Shown in pieces: positions 50,679-60,731 of a stretch of 64,000 bases of DNA. The position numbers and the translations under genes were made by a program. Under the pieces are notes generated by a model. The model searched no databases. It saw only the letters and a program-made list of their open reading frames with translations, and was not told where the DNA came from. This DNA comes from an uncultured Pseudobdellovibrionaceae bacterium (lineage in GTDB: Bacteria > Bdellovibrionota > Bdellovibrionia > Bdellovibrionales > UBA1609). The DNA is taken from contig CAWDNU010000003.1 of assembly GCA_963803705.1 (NCBI GenBank), positions 288,001-352,000 of the forward strand, read 5' to 3'. Numbering within the stretch: the stretch's first letter is position 1; the number at the start of each line of letters is the position of its first letter.

Positions 50679-51176
50679 ATGTCACAAAGTATTTTAGAAC
50701 AGACAAGTTTTGCTAGTACGTTAGAAAGCACATCCACATTAAGCCCAAAAGCAGGTGGAAAAAATAAGAATTTGGTGCAATCAGTTATGCTAACTTCCCT
50801 AGTAGATGCTTTTTCTATATTGGTTGTTTACTTGCTAATGAGCTACAGTAGTAGCGGCGAAATCATGTATATGTCTAAGGATATGGTGCTACCGGACGCC
50901 ACTCAGTCAGAAGTTTTAAATCGGCAGATAATTATAAAGTTTGATCAAGGGCAATATTATATTGAAAATGAAATTGTAGAGAAAAAAGATCTTTTTGCTC
51001 GCCTTCTGAAAATGAAAACTGAATTTAAAGAAAAGTACCCAGAGTTAGATTCTGAAAATAAAGTGATCATCCAGGCAGATAAAGGTGAAAAGTTCTTAGA
51101 CTTAAATACGATTATTCACGCAAGTGCTCAAGCAGGATTTGAGGAGATTAAGTTTGCCGTTATTAAAAATGGTTAA
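50679..51176 (+). CDS. ExbD/TolR family protein (AglS/AglQ-like)
   Basis: LTSLVDAFSILVVYLL TM with Asp; IIQADK..AQAGF..IKFAV. Confidence 0.88.
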   Translation: MSQSILEQTSFASTLESTSTLSPKAGGKNKNLVQSVMLTSLVDAFSILVVYLLMSYSSSGEIMYMSKDMVLPDATQSEVLNRQIIIKFDQGQYYIENEIVEKKDLFARLLKMKTEFKEKYPELDSENKVIIQADKGEKFLDLNTIIHASAQAGFEEIKFAVIKNG

Positions 51177-51189
51177 TTAGAGGGGAGTT

Positions 51190-54100
51190 TTGAGTATGCG
51201 TTTAGTTATTATTCTATTATTTATTTTTTCAAACGTTTCATATGCTGCTAAATTTGATGCGCAGACACGCACACAGCTGATAAATAAATTTTCAAAAGTG
51301 TACGATCAACTTTCTGATGAAGAGCCTGCTAAAGTAAATGTTACACTGCGACTAGCAGACTTATTAGCCGAGCAGGGTCGTTACTTAGCAAATGAAGAGT
51401 TAGGTCGTGGTTGTGAGGTTTGTGACGCAGGAGTTGATGAAAGGCAACGTGCGCTAAAATTTTATGAAGAAGCTGCAGGACAGTTAAAAAGTAACAAAAA
51501 AGCTTCTGTTTTGATTCAGATGGGGCATTTAAAAGAAATGCTAGGGCAAGAATCCCAGGCTACCTCTAATTACCTTGCTGCGATACAAGTTGCCATCAAT
51601 CCCGCTTATTTAAACGAAGCACAATTTTCTTTGGCTGAAATTTATTTTAAGAGAAGACAGTTTCAAGACGCTGCAAAATATTATGAGATGGTTGTCGCTC
51701 ATCCTGACAAAAAAGGTAAGCGAGGATTTGCCGCCTATAGGAAAGCTTGGAGTCATTTTAATTTAGGGGATTACGATAAGGCAACTGACCAGTTAGTAAC
51801 AATGCTAGAAAGTCCCGATCTCTTAAACCGCGGATCCAGTAATGGTCTGATATCTGTAGACACAAATTTTCAAGATGAGATTTCCAGGGACTATGTCGTT
51901 TTTACCACTAAAAAGGGCTACAGTCTTAAAGATTTTGAGACTCTTTTTAAGCTTTCTAGAAAAGAGTCTCGCCTAGAGCATATTTTTAATTTAGCAGATG
52001 AGCTTGAAAGATTAGGGCAAAATGAATCTGCTATAAATGTCTGGTCCCGACTTATAAAGAAACTTAGTGATCCTGTAAAAAAATGGGAAGCTCACGTGAG
52101 ATATGCTAATCTGTTGCGTGAAAACAAGAACTTTGATGAGTCTTTAAAACTTTATGAAAGATCGTTAGGCCTATCAGAAAGACAAAAATCTTGTCAAACA
52201 GACCAGTGTGAAGAGATTCGATCTCGTGAAAGGAGTTATGTTCTTGACTGGAATAAGGAGCTAAAATCAACTCCTAGTAAAGATCTTGCCTTAGCCTACG
52301 AAATTTACAACAAAGTTAACCAGAGCTTAGACACGCAGTACTGGGGTGCAGAGGCGTGGTTAGCAGTTGATGATAAAAGTAAAGCCTTCAAAAGTTTTGA
52401 AAAAGCCATCGATAAGTATCCTCAATCGTTAGCCAATACAAAGAAGCCAGAGAACATAAAGGCTTACAATGAGATGTATGAAAACTCTCTATTGAAAAGA
52501 ATCGAGATAGCTGAGCAGTTAAAGCTTAAGAGTCTGCCAAGTGTTTATAATCAATATGCTAAACTTTCCAAAAATAAAGCTCAGCTGAATCAAGTCAATT
52601 ACCAGCTAGCTAGGTTGAACTACGAAGATAAAAAGTATCTGGAAGCTTACAATGACTTTTTAAATTACGCTAAAACGACCAATTCTACAGACAAAGCATC
52701 TATAAAACTTAAAGAGCAGGCTGCTGACTTGGCTCTGGACTCATTAGTTCTGGCTAAAAGGGATGATCTGCTTATTGAGGCTGCTAACGAGTTATCACGT
52801 TTAATACCAAACAAGGCTAAAGAGTATGATCAGATAATTAGAAAAGCTGTGATTAATCAATCTCTAAAATTAGCTAAAGGCGACGACAATTCCGGTGGAA
52901 ACAAAAAGGCTTTAAGGCTTTTGAAAGAAGCTGATTTTAGTAATGCCTCTCTGGAAGAGCGAGAACTCATTGCGAAGAACAAGATGATTTTGGCCGAGCA
53001 AGTTGGCCAGATCGCAGAAGCAAATGGATACGTCGACCAGTACCTTTTATTGCCAGATCTTTCTGAAGAAGATAAGCAGTTTGCCTACAAAAAGAAGGCG
53101 TGGTTATCCGAGCTAATGTTTGACTTCAAGGCTGCATTAGCTGCTACGGAAAAAATCAAAGGTATTAAAGAGCCTACCAGGACTTTGCAGTTAGCACTCT
53201 TAACAGATTTGTCTGGTGGTGATCCAAAAGTGCTGTTCGACCAATATATTATGAAAAATCCTAAAGAACCGGAGTCTTTGGACATGGCTGTAGAGCTTAT
53301 GAAATCAAGCAAAAGCCCATGGAGTGCATTTGAGCGGTATCAGAAAACTTTGTCATCTTCAGATGATAAGTGGAAAGAAGCCCTTTTGTTATCTTTTGAA
53401 AAGACCCCAGATAAAGCTGAGCTTTCAAAATATTTAACTTGGGATACTCTAGATCCAAAAAAGAGAATTGAAATTTTACAAACTCAGCTTTTCAAGCCCG
53501 TTTTAGATAAGGAAAAACTTGTTCTTTCAAGTATGACCGTAGACACATCGACTCAGCAGAAAATGACTAAAGCTCTTAAAGATAGGGTAGCCGAAATAAA
53601 ACGATATGAAGGCTTTGTTACAAAAGTTATTAAGTCTGAACTTTGGTTTGGTCAGATTTATGCTTTAGATTTTTTATCTAAAGAGTCTAAAAGATTTTAT
53701 GACGAAGTTATGTCTTTGCCAATTCCTGACGGCCTGAGTGCAGATGAGCAAAACCAGTATATGAATTTGCTATCACAAAATGCTTCTCCCTTTTTGACAA
53801 AACATAACCAGATCAATACAAAATTGGAAGAAATTTGGAACCAGAAGAAATCTGTTAATCAAGTTTTTGAAACTCTAAGTTCTCAACCGAAGTGGGTTCA
53901 AATTTTGTGGACCTCAGAATACAATAAGTTGTCTGACATTGCCCCTGAGGATTTTAAGAAGTACGTGCTTGGAAAAATCGACCAGCTGGGTGAAAAGGCA
54001 GTAGTTAAAAATGAAAGATCAAAAGATGTGCCTTTAAATAAAGTTATGAAGTTGAAGACTAAAGTGATGCAATCTCCATTTGACAGAAAACTTCTGACCG

Positions 54101-54204
54101 AGCTGCTCGACATTGAAAAGCTAAGAAACCAAGATCAAATGGTAATCTACTTAAATCAAAGACTATCTAAATTAAAAAATCTTAAACAGGAGACAGTGAA
54201 ATGA
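51190..54204 (+). CDS. Large periplasmic TPR protein (GltD/AgmU-like)
   Basis: Signal peptide; TPR-like helices (AQFSLAEIYF, AAYRKAWSHFNLGDY); position in the Agl/Glt cluster. Confidence 0.7.
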   Translation: MSMRLVIILLFIFSNVSYAAKFDAQTRTQLINKFSKVYDQLSDEEPAKVNVTLRLADLLAEQGRYLANEELGRGCEVCDAGVDERQRALKFYEEAAGQLKSNKKASVLIQMGHLKEMLGQESQATSNYLAAIQVAINPAYLNEAQFSLAEIYFKRRQFQDAAKYYEMVVAHPDKKGKRGFAAYRKAWSHFNLGDYDKATDQLVTMLESPDLLNRGSSNGLISVDTNFQDEISRDYVVFTTKKGYSLKDFETLFKLSRKESRLEHIFNLADELERLGQNESAINVWSRLIKKLSDPVKKWEAHVRYANLLRENKNFDESLKLYERSLGLSERQKSCQTDQCEEIRSRERSYVLDWNKELKSTPSKDLALAYEIYNKVNQSLDTQYWGAEAWLAVDDKSKAFKSFEKAIDKYPQSLANTKKPENIKAYNEMYENSLLKRIEIAEQLKLKSLPSVYNQYAKLSKNKAQLNQVNYQLARLNYEDKKYLEAYNDFLNYAKTTNSTDKASIKLKEQAADLALDSLVLAKRDDLLIEAANELSRLIPNKAKEYDQIIRKAVINQSLKLAKGDDNSGGNKKALRLLKEADFSNASLEERELIAKNKMILAEQVGQIAEANGYVDQYLLLPDLSEEDKQFAYKKKAWLSELMFDFKAALAATEKIKGIKEPTRTLQLALLTDLSGGDPKVLFDQYIMKNPKEPESLDMAVELMKSSKSPWSAFERYQKTLSSSDDKWKEALLLSFEKTPDKAELSKYLTWDTLDPKKRIEILQTQLFKPVLDKEKLVLSSMTVDTSTQQKMTKALKDRVAEIKRYEGFVTKVIKSELWFGQIYALDFLSKESKRFYDEVMSLPIPDGLSADEQNQYMNLLSQNASPFLTKHNQINTKLEEIWNQKKSVNQVFETLSSQPKWVQILWTSEYNKLSDIAPEDFKKYVLGKIDQLGEKAVVKNERSKDVPLNKVMKLKTKVMQSPFDRKLLTELLDIEKLRNQDQMVIYLNQRLSKLKNLKQETVK

Positions 54205-54428
54205 GGTTAATTCTAATTTTAACTCTTATTAGTTTACCAGTATTCGCTTTCGCAGCTAAGAAACCCAAATCGACCAACTTTAATTTTGATGAGCTGTTGA
54301 TCCAAGGTGAGTACCATTTCTCCGATGAGATTACGACTACAGTTGAGCAAGACAAGGTCTTAGATGCATTGTTAGGTGTTAGAAAAGACTTCAAAGATAG
54401 AATGAAACGATCAGCGAGCAGGTACTAA
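54201..54428 (+). CDS. Small exported GltF/CglF-like protein
   Basis: Signal peptide; FNFDELLIQGE and LLGVRKDFKDRM pattern; sits before the GltG-like gene. Confidence 0.7.
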   Translation: MRLILILTLISLPVFAFAAKKPKSTNFNFDELLIQGEYHFSDEITTTVEQDKVLDALLGVRKDFKDRMKRSASRY

Positions 54429-54430
54429 AA

Positions 54431-55567
54431 ATGATAGAAAAAGTCTGTTTAAAGAATATATCAGGCCAAGTTGTAAGGATCTTACCCTTACCTGATGTTG
54501 ACAAGATGGTTGTCACAAGAAATCCGAGTGACCAGCGTTTAACTTTTAGACCCGCTTACGAGAAAGACCTTTTAGTCTCTCAAGGCTGGATTATTCTTCG
54601 GGAGATTAGCTGTGATCAAGTGCTAAATGGTGATATTAGATTAACTCCTGAATTATCTTTAACCAAATTTTCTGAAGATGTCATAGCAGATCCCCACTTA
54701 ACTGAAGAAGATAGTTCTTTATTTCGTAAATCGGCTTTGCTTAGCATTTTGTTCGGTCTTTTACTTATCTCTATAATGCTTAATATGCCAAAGCCTGACC
54801 AAGTTGAAGTCAAAGAAGAGCTTAAGCAGCAGGTGGTCAAAATTATAAAACAGCAAAAGAAAGAAGTTATTAAGCTAAATAAAATTGCTCGCAGCAGGCC
54901 AACACCTACGCCAACCACTAACAAGCCCCAACCTAAAACTCAGAACCAGATTAAAAGAATGGGAGCCTTGGCGGCATTGGGCAGTTTATCTAATAGTAAT
55001 CAGAAGGGCGGCCTTGATCTTGGTGCCGTTCAGAAATCTGCAGGCCCTGGCATGGGTGGAACTCAAGGCAGCGGGGGGGTTCAAACTTCACTGTATGGCA
55101 AGGGTATAGTTTCTGCTCCACTAGGAGCAGGCGGAAACTTAAACGGTGCCGGTGGGTACGGAACTAAAGGTAAAGGCGGTGGCAAAGCCGGTTTCGGTAA
55201 GCTTAGTTTAGTTGGGTCCGCAGGAACGTCTGTGATTCCAGTTGGAACTGAGGTTATATCAGGTGGCGGTTTATCCAACGAAGATATTTGGGCTGTAATA
55301 AGAAGAAATCAGGGTCAAATACGTTTTTGCTATGAGCAGGGTCTTCAATCCGATCCTAAATTAAAAGGTGTTGTAAGAACGAATTTTACAATCAATTCAA
55401 ATGGTCAAGTGGCCAAAATATCTATTGCGGGCACCACTCTTAATTCTAAGATCGTTGAGGATTGCATCTCACTTAGAATTAAGTCTTGGAAATTTCCTCT
55501 GCCTCAGGGTGGAAAAAGCATCAGTGTTCAGGTGCCATTTAATTTAACTAAACAAGGACAGGGATAA
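54431..55567 (+). CDS. GltG/PglI-like protein with Gly-rich linker and TonB-C (AgmX/PglI C-terminal) domain
   Basis: Single TM, Pro/Gly-rich linker, VIRRNQGQIRFCYEQGL..P.LKG..C...IKSWKFP.P.GG. Confidence 0.85.
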   Translation: MIEKVCLKNISGQVVRILPLPDVDKMVVTRNPSDQRLTFRPAYEKDLLVSQGWIILREISCDQVLNGDIRLTPELSLTKFSEDVIADPHLTEEDSSLFRKSALLSILFGLLLISIMLNMPKPDQVEVKEELKQQVVKIIKQQKKEVIKLNKIARSRPTPTPTTNKPQPKTQNQIKRMGALAALGSLSNSNQKGGLDLGAVQKSAGPGMGGTQGSGGVQTSLYGKGIVSAPLGAGGNLNGAGGYGTKGKGGGKAGFGKLSLVGSAGTSVIPVGTEVISGGGLSNEDIWAVIRRNQGQIRFCYEQGLQSDPKLKGVVRTNFTINSNGQVAKISIAGTTLNSKIVEDCISLRIKSWKFPLPQGGKSISVQVPFNLTKQGQG

Positions 55568-56988
55568 TGAAACAATTTTTTTTAGTGTTATTTTTTCCAA
55601 TTATTTTCACTTTAGCCGGTTGCGATGATAAAGCAGACCCATTCAGAAATAAGAGTGATGCGGTTAGGGACGCTGAAGTTAAACCTACTGCTGATGATCC
55701 GATTCCTGGAATCAGCCCAAATGCTATGGATATAACATTAGTTAGAGACCTAGATTCATTATATTTCGAAGAGGGCGTTGAGTACGCTTATGAGGTCAAC
55801 GTCAGATTATATCTACCTAATATCGATTTCGAAGCCGAGCTAGTGGGTGCCCCAGAAGGAATGACTTTAGAGCTAAAGAGTGAATTTAACGGCGAAGTCG
55901 TAACGTCCCCAGTAGATACTGACGCAGATATCACTGATGCTGCTGATGAGGTCACAGGTGATGTTGCAAATGAGAACGATGCTGAACCTGCATCTGTCGC
56001 GAATCAAAAAATTTACATTATAAGATGGAAGCCTGGATTTGATACCATTCCCGACGTTACTATTCCATCCATAACTAGGTTTTTAACTTTTAAAGTTAAC
56101 GTTGGTGCTGACAAAGTTAGAACTAAGTCATTTAGGTATAACGTTAACCAAGCTACCACAAAGCTTAAAATCGCAGGGTTTGAAATTGATCCCGATTTGA
56201 GAGAGGGCGAGAAGCGAGGATTAGCGAAGATTTATGTAAGTTACCCTGGATTGTTAAGTACATCTAAGTTTCCCCAAATTTTTATTGATACCACTAGTAA
56301 TTCTCCAGTGGCTGCATGCACAAATCTACCGCCTTTGTTTGAACTGAACTCAGCTAAATATATTGATGATCCAAAAGATCCAAATTTTGAAAACATAGAA
56401 TACAATTACACCGTGAACCTGACTAAGTTCGATATCACTACTAATTCAGTATCTTGTAATCTGAACTTGTTTGTAGTGAATCTAGGTAACGTTTCGGATC
56501 CATACCCGGTTAATGTTGTGGTCTTGAACACCATTACTGATCCAGAAACCACTTGGGGTGAAAATATCAACCTAACTTTTGAGCAAGAAAAGGAAACAGC
56601 ATTTTACTTTCAAGTTTATGGTGTTAAAAATGAGGGATCTATTAAAGTTGACTTTCCAACTCCTTGTTCGCAGATTTTTAAAAGACAGGGTGATTGTAAG
56701 TGCAGGACTTTCAAAGGCTATAATTATAGGCACAAAGTTGAATGCTTAGTTGAAGTGAATCACAAAAAAACATTTTCAAAGCAATCTTACCCAATTGTCT
56801 TCACTGCACAGATGGTCAATGGTCCTTCGGCGTCATCCAAGCGCATTACTTTTAGACGAACGATTACGTTTAGCCCTAAAGGAATTGGTTTTTTCGATGT
56901 CGACGGCGCTACAGATATCAACGATGCCGAAACCGATGCGAAAGGTAATGAACTAACCCAAGACCAAATGAAAAGTAGAGCCCAATAG
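55567..56988 (+). CDS. Lipoprotein with beta-rich (Ig-like) domains
   Basis: Lipobox LAGC; APEGMT and WKP motifs; beta-strand composition; several Cys. Confidence 0.6.
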   Translation: MKQFFLVLFFPIIFTLAGCDDKADPFRNKSDAVRDAEVKPTADDPIPGISPNAMDITLVRDLDSLYFEEGVEYAYEVNVRLYLPNIDFEAELVGAPEGMTLELKSEFNGEVVTSPVDTDADITDAADEVTGDVANENDAEPASVANQKIYIIRWKPGFDTIPDVTIPSITRFLTFKVNVGADKVRTKSFRYNVNQATTKLKIAGFEIDPDLREGEKRGLAKIYVSYPGLLSTSKFPQIFIDTTSNSPVAACTNLPPLFELNSAKYIDDPKDPNFENIEYNYTVNLTKFDITTNSVSCNLNLFVVNLGNVSDPYPVNVVVLNTITDPETTWGENINLTFEQEKETAFYFQVYGVKNEGSIKVDFPTPCSQIFKRQGDCKCRTFKGYNYRHKVECLVEVNHKKTFSKQSYPIVFTAQMVNGPSASSKRITFRRTITFSPKGIGFFDVDGATDINDAETDAKGNELTQDQMKSRAQ

Positions 56989-57013
56989 GCGTAGTCTATA
57001 ATAAGGAGAATTT

Positions 57014-57691
57014 ATGAAATTAATGTCAATATTTACAATGGTTATTCTAGCTTTCGCACAGCCCTCTTGGAGCTCGGATCTTTTAGAGGACTTTGACTCC
57101 TTAGGCGGAAACTCTGACCTATATGAAAAGGCAACTGCGTTAAGCCCTGAGCTGAAAACTCAAGTGATTCAGAATCGAATTGTAAGCCGCAGACTTAGGT
57201 TGGAAGTTTCACCTACTTACTCTACCTACTGGGGTGGAAATCCTTACATATCAAGTCAATCTGCAGGTATGGAATTTTCATTTCACCTTAATCCAAGATG
57301 GTCCTTGGATGCCTCGTATCACTTTGCGTTCACAAATAATACCACTTCTGAGGGCGAGTTTTTGATCAATAATGATATTGTACCGGACATTGATTTTCCA
57401 ACTTCATCAATGATGGGATTTGTAACCTACTATCCTCTATACGGAAAACTTAATATGTTCGAAAATATCGTACACTTCGACATCTACACTTCACTGGGTG
57501 TAGGCTCTACTGAACTTAGATTTGGTAACCAAGCAACTTTGGGCGCCAATTTAGGTATGGGCATATGGTGGAGTCAACATCTGACCACACGAATTGGTTA
57601 TCGTTACTTAACTTATGAAGCACAGCTTAAGAACGGTCCACAACAGTTAGATATGTCTTCTGGATTCTTATCAGTGGGGTACTTACTATGA
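57014..57691 (+). CDS. Outer-membrane beta-barrel protein (GltA/B/H-like)
   Basis: Signal peptide, VIQNR, YYPLYGKL..IVHFDIY, alternating strands, terminal GYLL. Confidence 0.8.
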   Translation: MKLMSIFTMVILAFAQPSWSSDLLEDFDSLGGNSDLYEKATALSPELKTQVIQNRIVSRRLRLEVSPTYSTYWGGNPYISSQSAGMEFSFHLNPRWSLDASYHFAFTNNTTSEGEFLINNDIVPDIDFPTSSMMGFVTYYPLYGKLNMFENIVHFDIYTSLGVGSTELRFGNQATLGANLGMGIWWSQHLTTRIGYRYLTYEAQLKNGPQQLDMSSGFLSVGYLL

Positions 57692-59280
57692 GTTATAATT
57701 TACTTTTCGTTGTGGCATTAATTTTTTCTTCCAGTGCTCAAGCAAACGACATTATGGATCTGCTTGGAGGTAAGGAAGCCAAAGTTGAAGAGATTGGTAA
57801 AGATAAAAGTCTAACCAAAGAGTTACGACGACAAATTGGATCAATGAATGCTGAACAGAATATCTTATTTAACTTTCTTGATAAGGGCGAATACGAAAAA
57901 GCCTTTTATCAGTGGGGCTCAGCATTTGATGGCACTAAATTTGCCTATTCGCCCACAGGACGAGCTCTTAAAGCATATTTGTTTTATAAAGTAGGTTTAG
58001 AGATAAACGCTTTAGAAATGTTAACTAGTATTCAAAACCCAGGTACTATCAAAAAACAGATGCTAAGTTTTTGGAAAGAAACAGCACCTGCAAACTCACC
58101 AACTTGGGCATTATCTGATATAAAATGGGATCCGATTTGGACAGATGTTTTTGGACGACGCGCTGAGGTTCAAGTCAAAAGCAAAAGGCTAGTGGACGCA
58201 AGCGACTACAAGGCTATCGAATCTCTACTTCGTAAATCTAGTGAGGATACAGAAGAAAGAGCCTGGTTGGAATGGCAATTGGCTTTGCACTTTGCACTCA
58301 ACGGGGATGCGGCAAAAGGGTCTAAAGTACTAAGCTTATTGATGAAAGAAAAAGAAAATTTCATTGACCCAAACCTGATGAATATAACTGCAGCACGAAT
58401 GCTTTATGAAAATGGATACTTGGACGCGGCAGTGAAATACTATAAAACCGTGCCTAAAAAATCAGACTACTGGTTTACAGCCCAAGAAGAATTGGCATGG
58501 TCATATATTCGTAGAGGTGAGCCCCAAAATACATTAGCCGTAACAAAATCCTTAGTTCAGCCTGGATTTAAAGCCTTGATCGGCCCTGAGGCAGTCTTTT
58601 TAAGGGCTTTGTCGCAGTTGAAAGTTTGTGACTATAAGGGAGCTGCAAAGTCTTTAGTTGATTTTAAAAAGTATTTTAGGCCTAAGGCCCAAAACCTTGA
58701 GTCTTTGATGGCAGATAATCAGAAACCTATTGAATACTTCTTTAATCTTTTAGAAGAGAAAGGAAGGATGCCTCTTGCGAAGCTTAAGTCCAAAGCTTAC
58801 GAGCTTCCCAGGTACGTGACCAGAGACGAGGTGCTCTACATCCTATCTCAAAGAGCTTTTGGCTTGAAGAAAGAAGCAAAAAAAGCTGACGAGCTGTATT
58901 CAAGGTCATTAGCCGGAGGAACTGCTAAAGTTGGTTTTCAAGCTGATATTAATGATATTAAGGTCGGCACACAAAATAAATTTCAGACTGCAAAAAATGC
59001 TTTTTACAACCGCGTTAAGTCGCTTGCAACTGAAGAGATAACAGAAATTAACCAGATCTTACAGAAAATGCACATCGTCGAGGCTGAAATTTTGCAACAG
59101 ATAACTGTTTCTTCTGACATAGCTTCAACTGACAGAAGTATGTTTGATAAGAAAAAAGGTTCCACAGGCTCTGAAGCTAAAGACGTCCTAAGGTTTCCTG
59201 CTACAGACGAAATTTGGTTTGATGAAATATCTAATTTTAAAATTGATGTCAAAAAAGGGTGTCAAATCTCTAAACAGTAG
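57688..59280 (+). CDS. TPR protein (GltC-like)
   Basis: Signal peptide; YKTVPKKSDYWFTAQEELAWS, PEAVFLRAL..LKVC, and F....EIWFDEI tail. Confidence 0.7.
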   Translation: MSYNLLFVVALIFSSSAQANDIMDLLGGKEAKVEEIGKDKSLTKELRRQIGSMNAEQNILFNFLDKGEYEKAFYQWGSAFDGTKFAYSPTGRALKAYLFYKVGLEINALEMLTSIQNPGTIKKQMLSFWKETAPANSPTWALSDIKWDPIWTDVFGRRAEVQVKSKRLVDASDYKAIESLLRKSSEDTEERAWLEWQLALHFALNGDAAKGSKVLSLLMKEKENFIDPNLMNITAARMLYENGYLDAAVKYYKTVPKKSDYWFTAQEELAWSYIRRGEPQNTLAVTKSLVQPGFKALIGPEAVFLRALSQLKVCDYKGAAKSLVDFKKYFRPKAQNLESLMADNQKPIEYFFNLLEEKGRMPLAKLKSKAYELPRYVTRDEVLYILSQRAFGLKKEAKKADELYSRSLAGGTAKVGFQADINDIKVGTQNKFQTAKNAFYNRVKSLATEEITEINQILQKMHIVEAEILQQITVSSDIASTDRSMFDKKKGSTGSEAKDVLRFPATDEIWFDEISNFKIDVKKGCQISKQ

Positions 59281-59292
59281 GAGTAAATAAAA

Positions 59293-60384
59293 GTGCTGAA
59301 CAGACTTTCATTTATATTTTTTGGATTGATGATCATTGCAGGTTGCTATGATGGCGACAAAACCTTGATTCCAAGGCAGCCTTATGTACCTTTAGAAGTT
59401 GAGGAAGGTTACAACCTGGTTTTTGAACCTAAAGTTGATATTTTGTTTCTGATTGATAATTCTGGAAGTATGTCTCAACATCAGAAGAGAGTCGCCGACA
59501 ATATTGACCTTTTTGCAACTGCAATGGGTAAAAATAAGTTTTTAGATTATCAGATAGGTGTCATCTCAACCGATCACGATCCTTCAAAATCAAATTCTCA
59601 TTCGGGTAAGCTTCAAGGTCGACCAAACTTTGTAACACGAGATATGGTCACTGGCCTTGATGATTTAAAGAGCAACATCACGGGACTGCGAACCTCTGGA
59701 TCTGCTAGAGAAATGTTTTTTGACCCTTTGATGTATGCTATTTCAACTAGTCAGAACTTAAATCCCGATTTCATGCGCCCTGAAGCTTTTTTTGCACTTA
59801 TCATCGTTTCTGATAGCTATGATCAAAGCCGGGAAACTTCTGGATTTAAGGTTTTAGACACCCTGGTAAGACAAAAAGCATATGATACCGATCGGGTTCT
59901 TGGTTATGCGGTTCTTGCATACCCAGAGTACTTTGGTCAGCCTTGCAACAGAGAGGAAAAGCCTCCCGAGAACTTATTTGACTTTATGCTGGGATTTTCA
60001 AATTCATCAAATACTCAGATCGGAGGAGGAGTGTCCGCTCCGATCTCTAATCCCACTGTGCCTCAACGCTATCAAACTTTGACAAATGTTTTTAGTTTAT
60101 GTGACCCCCAGTTTGGTCAGAAGGTAGCTGACATAGGCGAGGACATAAGAATAAGGGTTTCAGAGAAGATACCTCTCCCAGTGAGACCAGTTGATGGAAC
60201 GATCAAGTTAAAATACGGGAAACAAGTGGTAGATAAGAAGTGGTGGAAATATGATTTTTCTTCCAATAGCATCATCTTGAACCCGTTGGTCGAATTAGAT
60301 GAAACTCAAGTAGATGCGCAGCTGTTTGTAGTTATGGATCAAGCCGACACAGAGTCAGCTATTGGCGATCCTAACCCAAGGTAG
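59293..60384 (+). CDS. VWA-domain lipoprotein (CglB-like adhesin candidate)
   Basis: Lipobox IAGC; VDILFLIDNSGSM (MIDAS DxSxS), IGVISTD, IIVSD. Confidence 0.8.
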   Translation: MLNRLSFIFFGLMIIAGCYDGDKTLIPRQPYVPLEVEEGYNLVFEPKVDILFLIDNSGSMSQHQKRVADNIDLFATAMGKNKFLDYQIGVISTDHDPSKSNSHSGKLQGRPNFVTRDMVTGLDDLKSNITGLRTSGSAREMFFDPLMYAISTSQNLNPDFMRPEAFFALIIVSDSYDQSRETSGFKVLDTLVRQKAYDTDRVLGYAVLAYPEYFGQPCNREEKPPENLFDFMLGFSNSSNTQIGGGVSAPISNPTVPQRYQTLTNVFSLCDPQFGQKVADIGEDIRIRVSEKIPLPVRPVDGTIKLKYGKQVVDKKWWKYDFSSNSIILNPLVELDETQVDAQLFVVMDQADTESAIGDPNPR

Positions 60385-60411
60385 AGAGCTTGGTGCCTAC
60401 GACCGAGCTCT
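60385..60411 (+). terminator. Stem-loop after the gliding cluster
   Basis: AGAGCTTGGT-N7-ACCGAGCTCT followed by ATTT (weak U tract). Confidence 0.4.
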
Positions 60412-60597
60412 ATTTGCTGTATTAATTTCTGAAGTAGCTGTTCATCAACTGTTCTACTTTGCCTCTCGGCCACTCTGAGATTAAGTTAGAGTGGTGTCAA
60501 AATGCCTTCAAATTAGATGAGTCTATAAAAAAAATCACATGATCCGCTATACCTTAAGTAAGCTCGTCACTTCAGTGCCACTTTGGCACTGAAAAGT

Positions 60598-60614
60598 TTG
60601 GCCCCTGTATTGCT
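60598..60614 (+). promoter_or_regulatory. Sigma54 (-24/-12) promoter candidate
   Basis: TTGGCCCCTGTATTGCT: GG-N10-GC with TGGC and TTGCT context. Confidence 0.65.
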
Positions 60615-60624
60615 AATGTAGAGG

Positions 60625-60731
60625 TAGCTGTTCGGGGGAGCAGAAGATATCAAGGATGATATCAAAACTAATTGGTAAGTCGGGGAGGGCTTTTTTATAA
60701 AATTTTCCAAGGATGGAAAAGTTATTTTTTT
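60625..60731 (+). ncRNA. Candidate CsrA/RsmA-binding small RNA
   Basis: Two 7-bp stems with AGGA loops (GATATCA-AGGA-TGATATC, TTTTCCA-AGGA-TGGAAAA), further GGA motifs, T-tract after the last hairpin, no ORF, downstream of the sigma54 motif. Confidence 0.55.
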
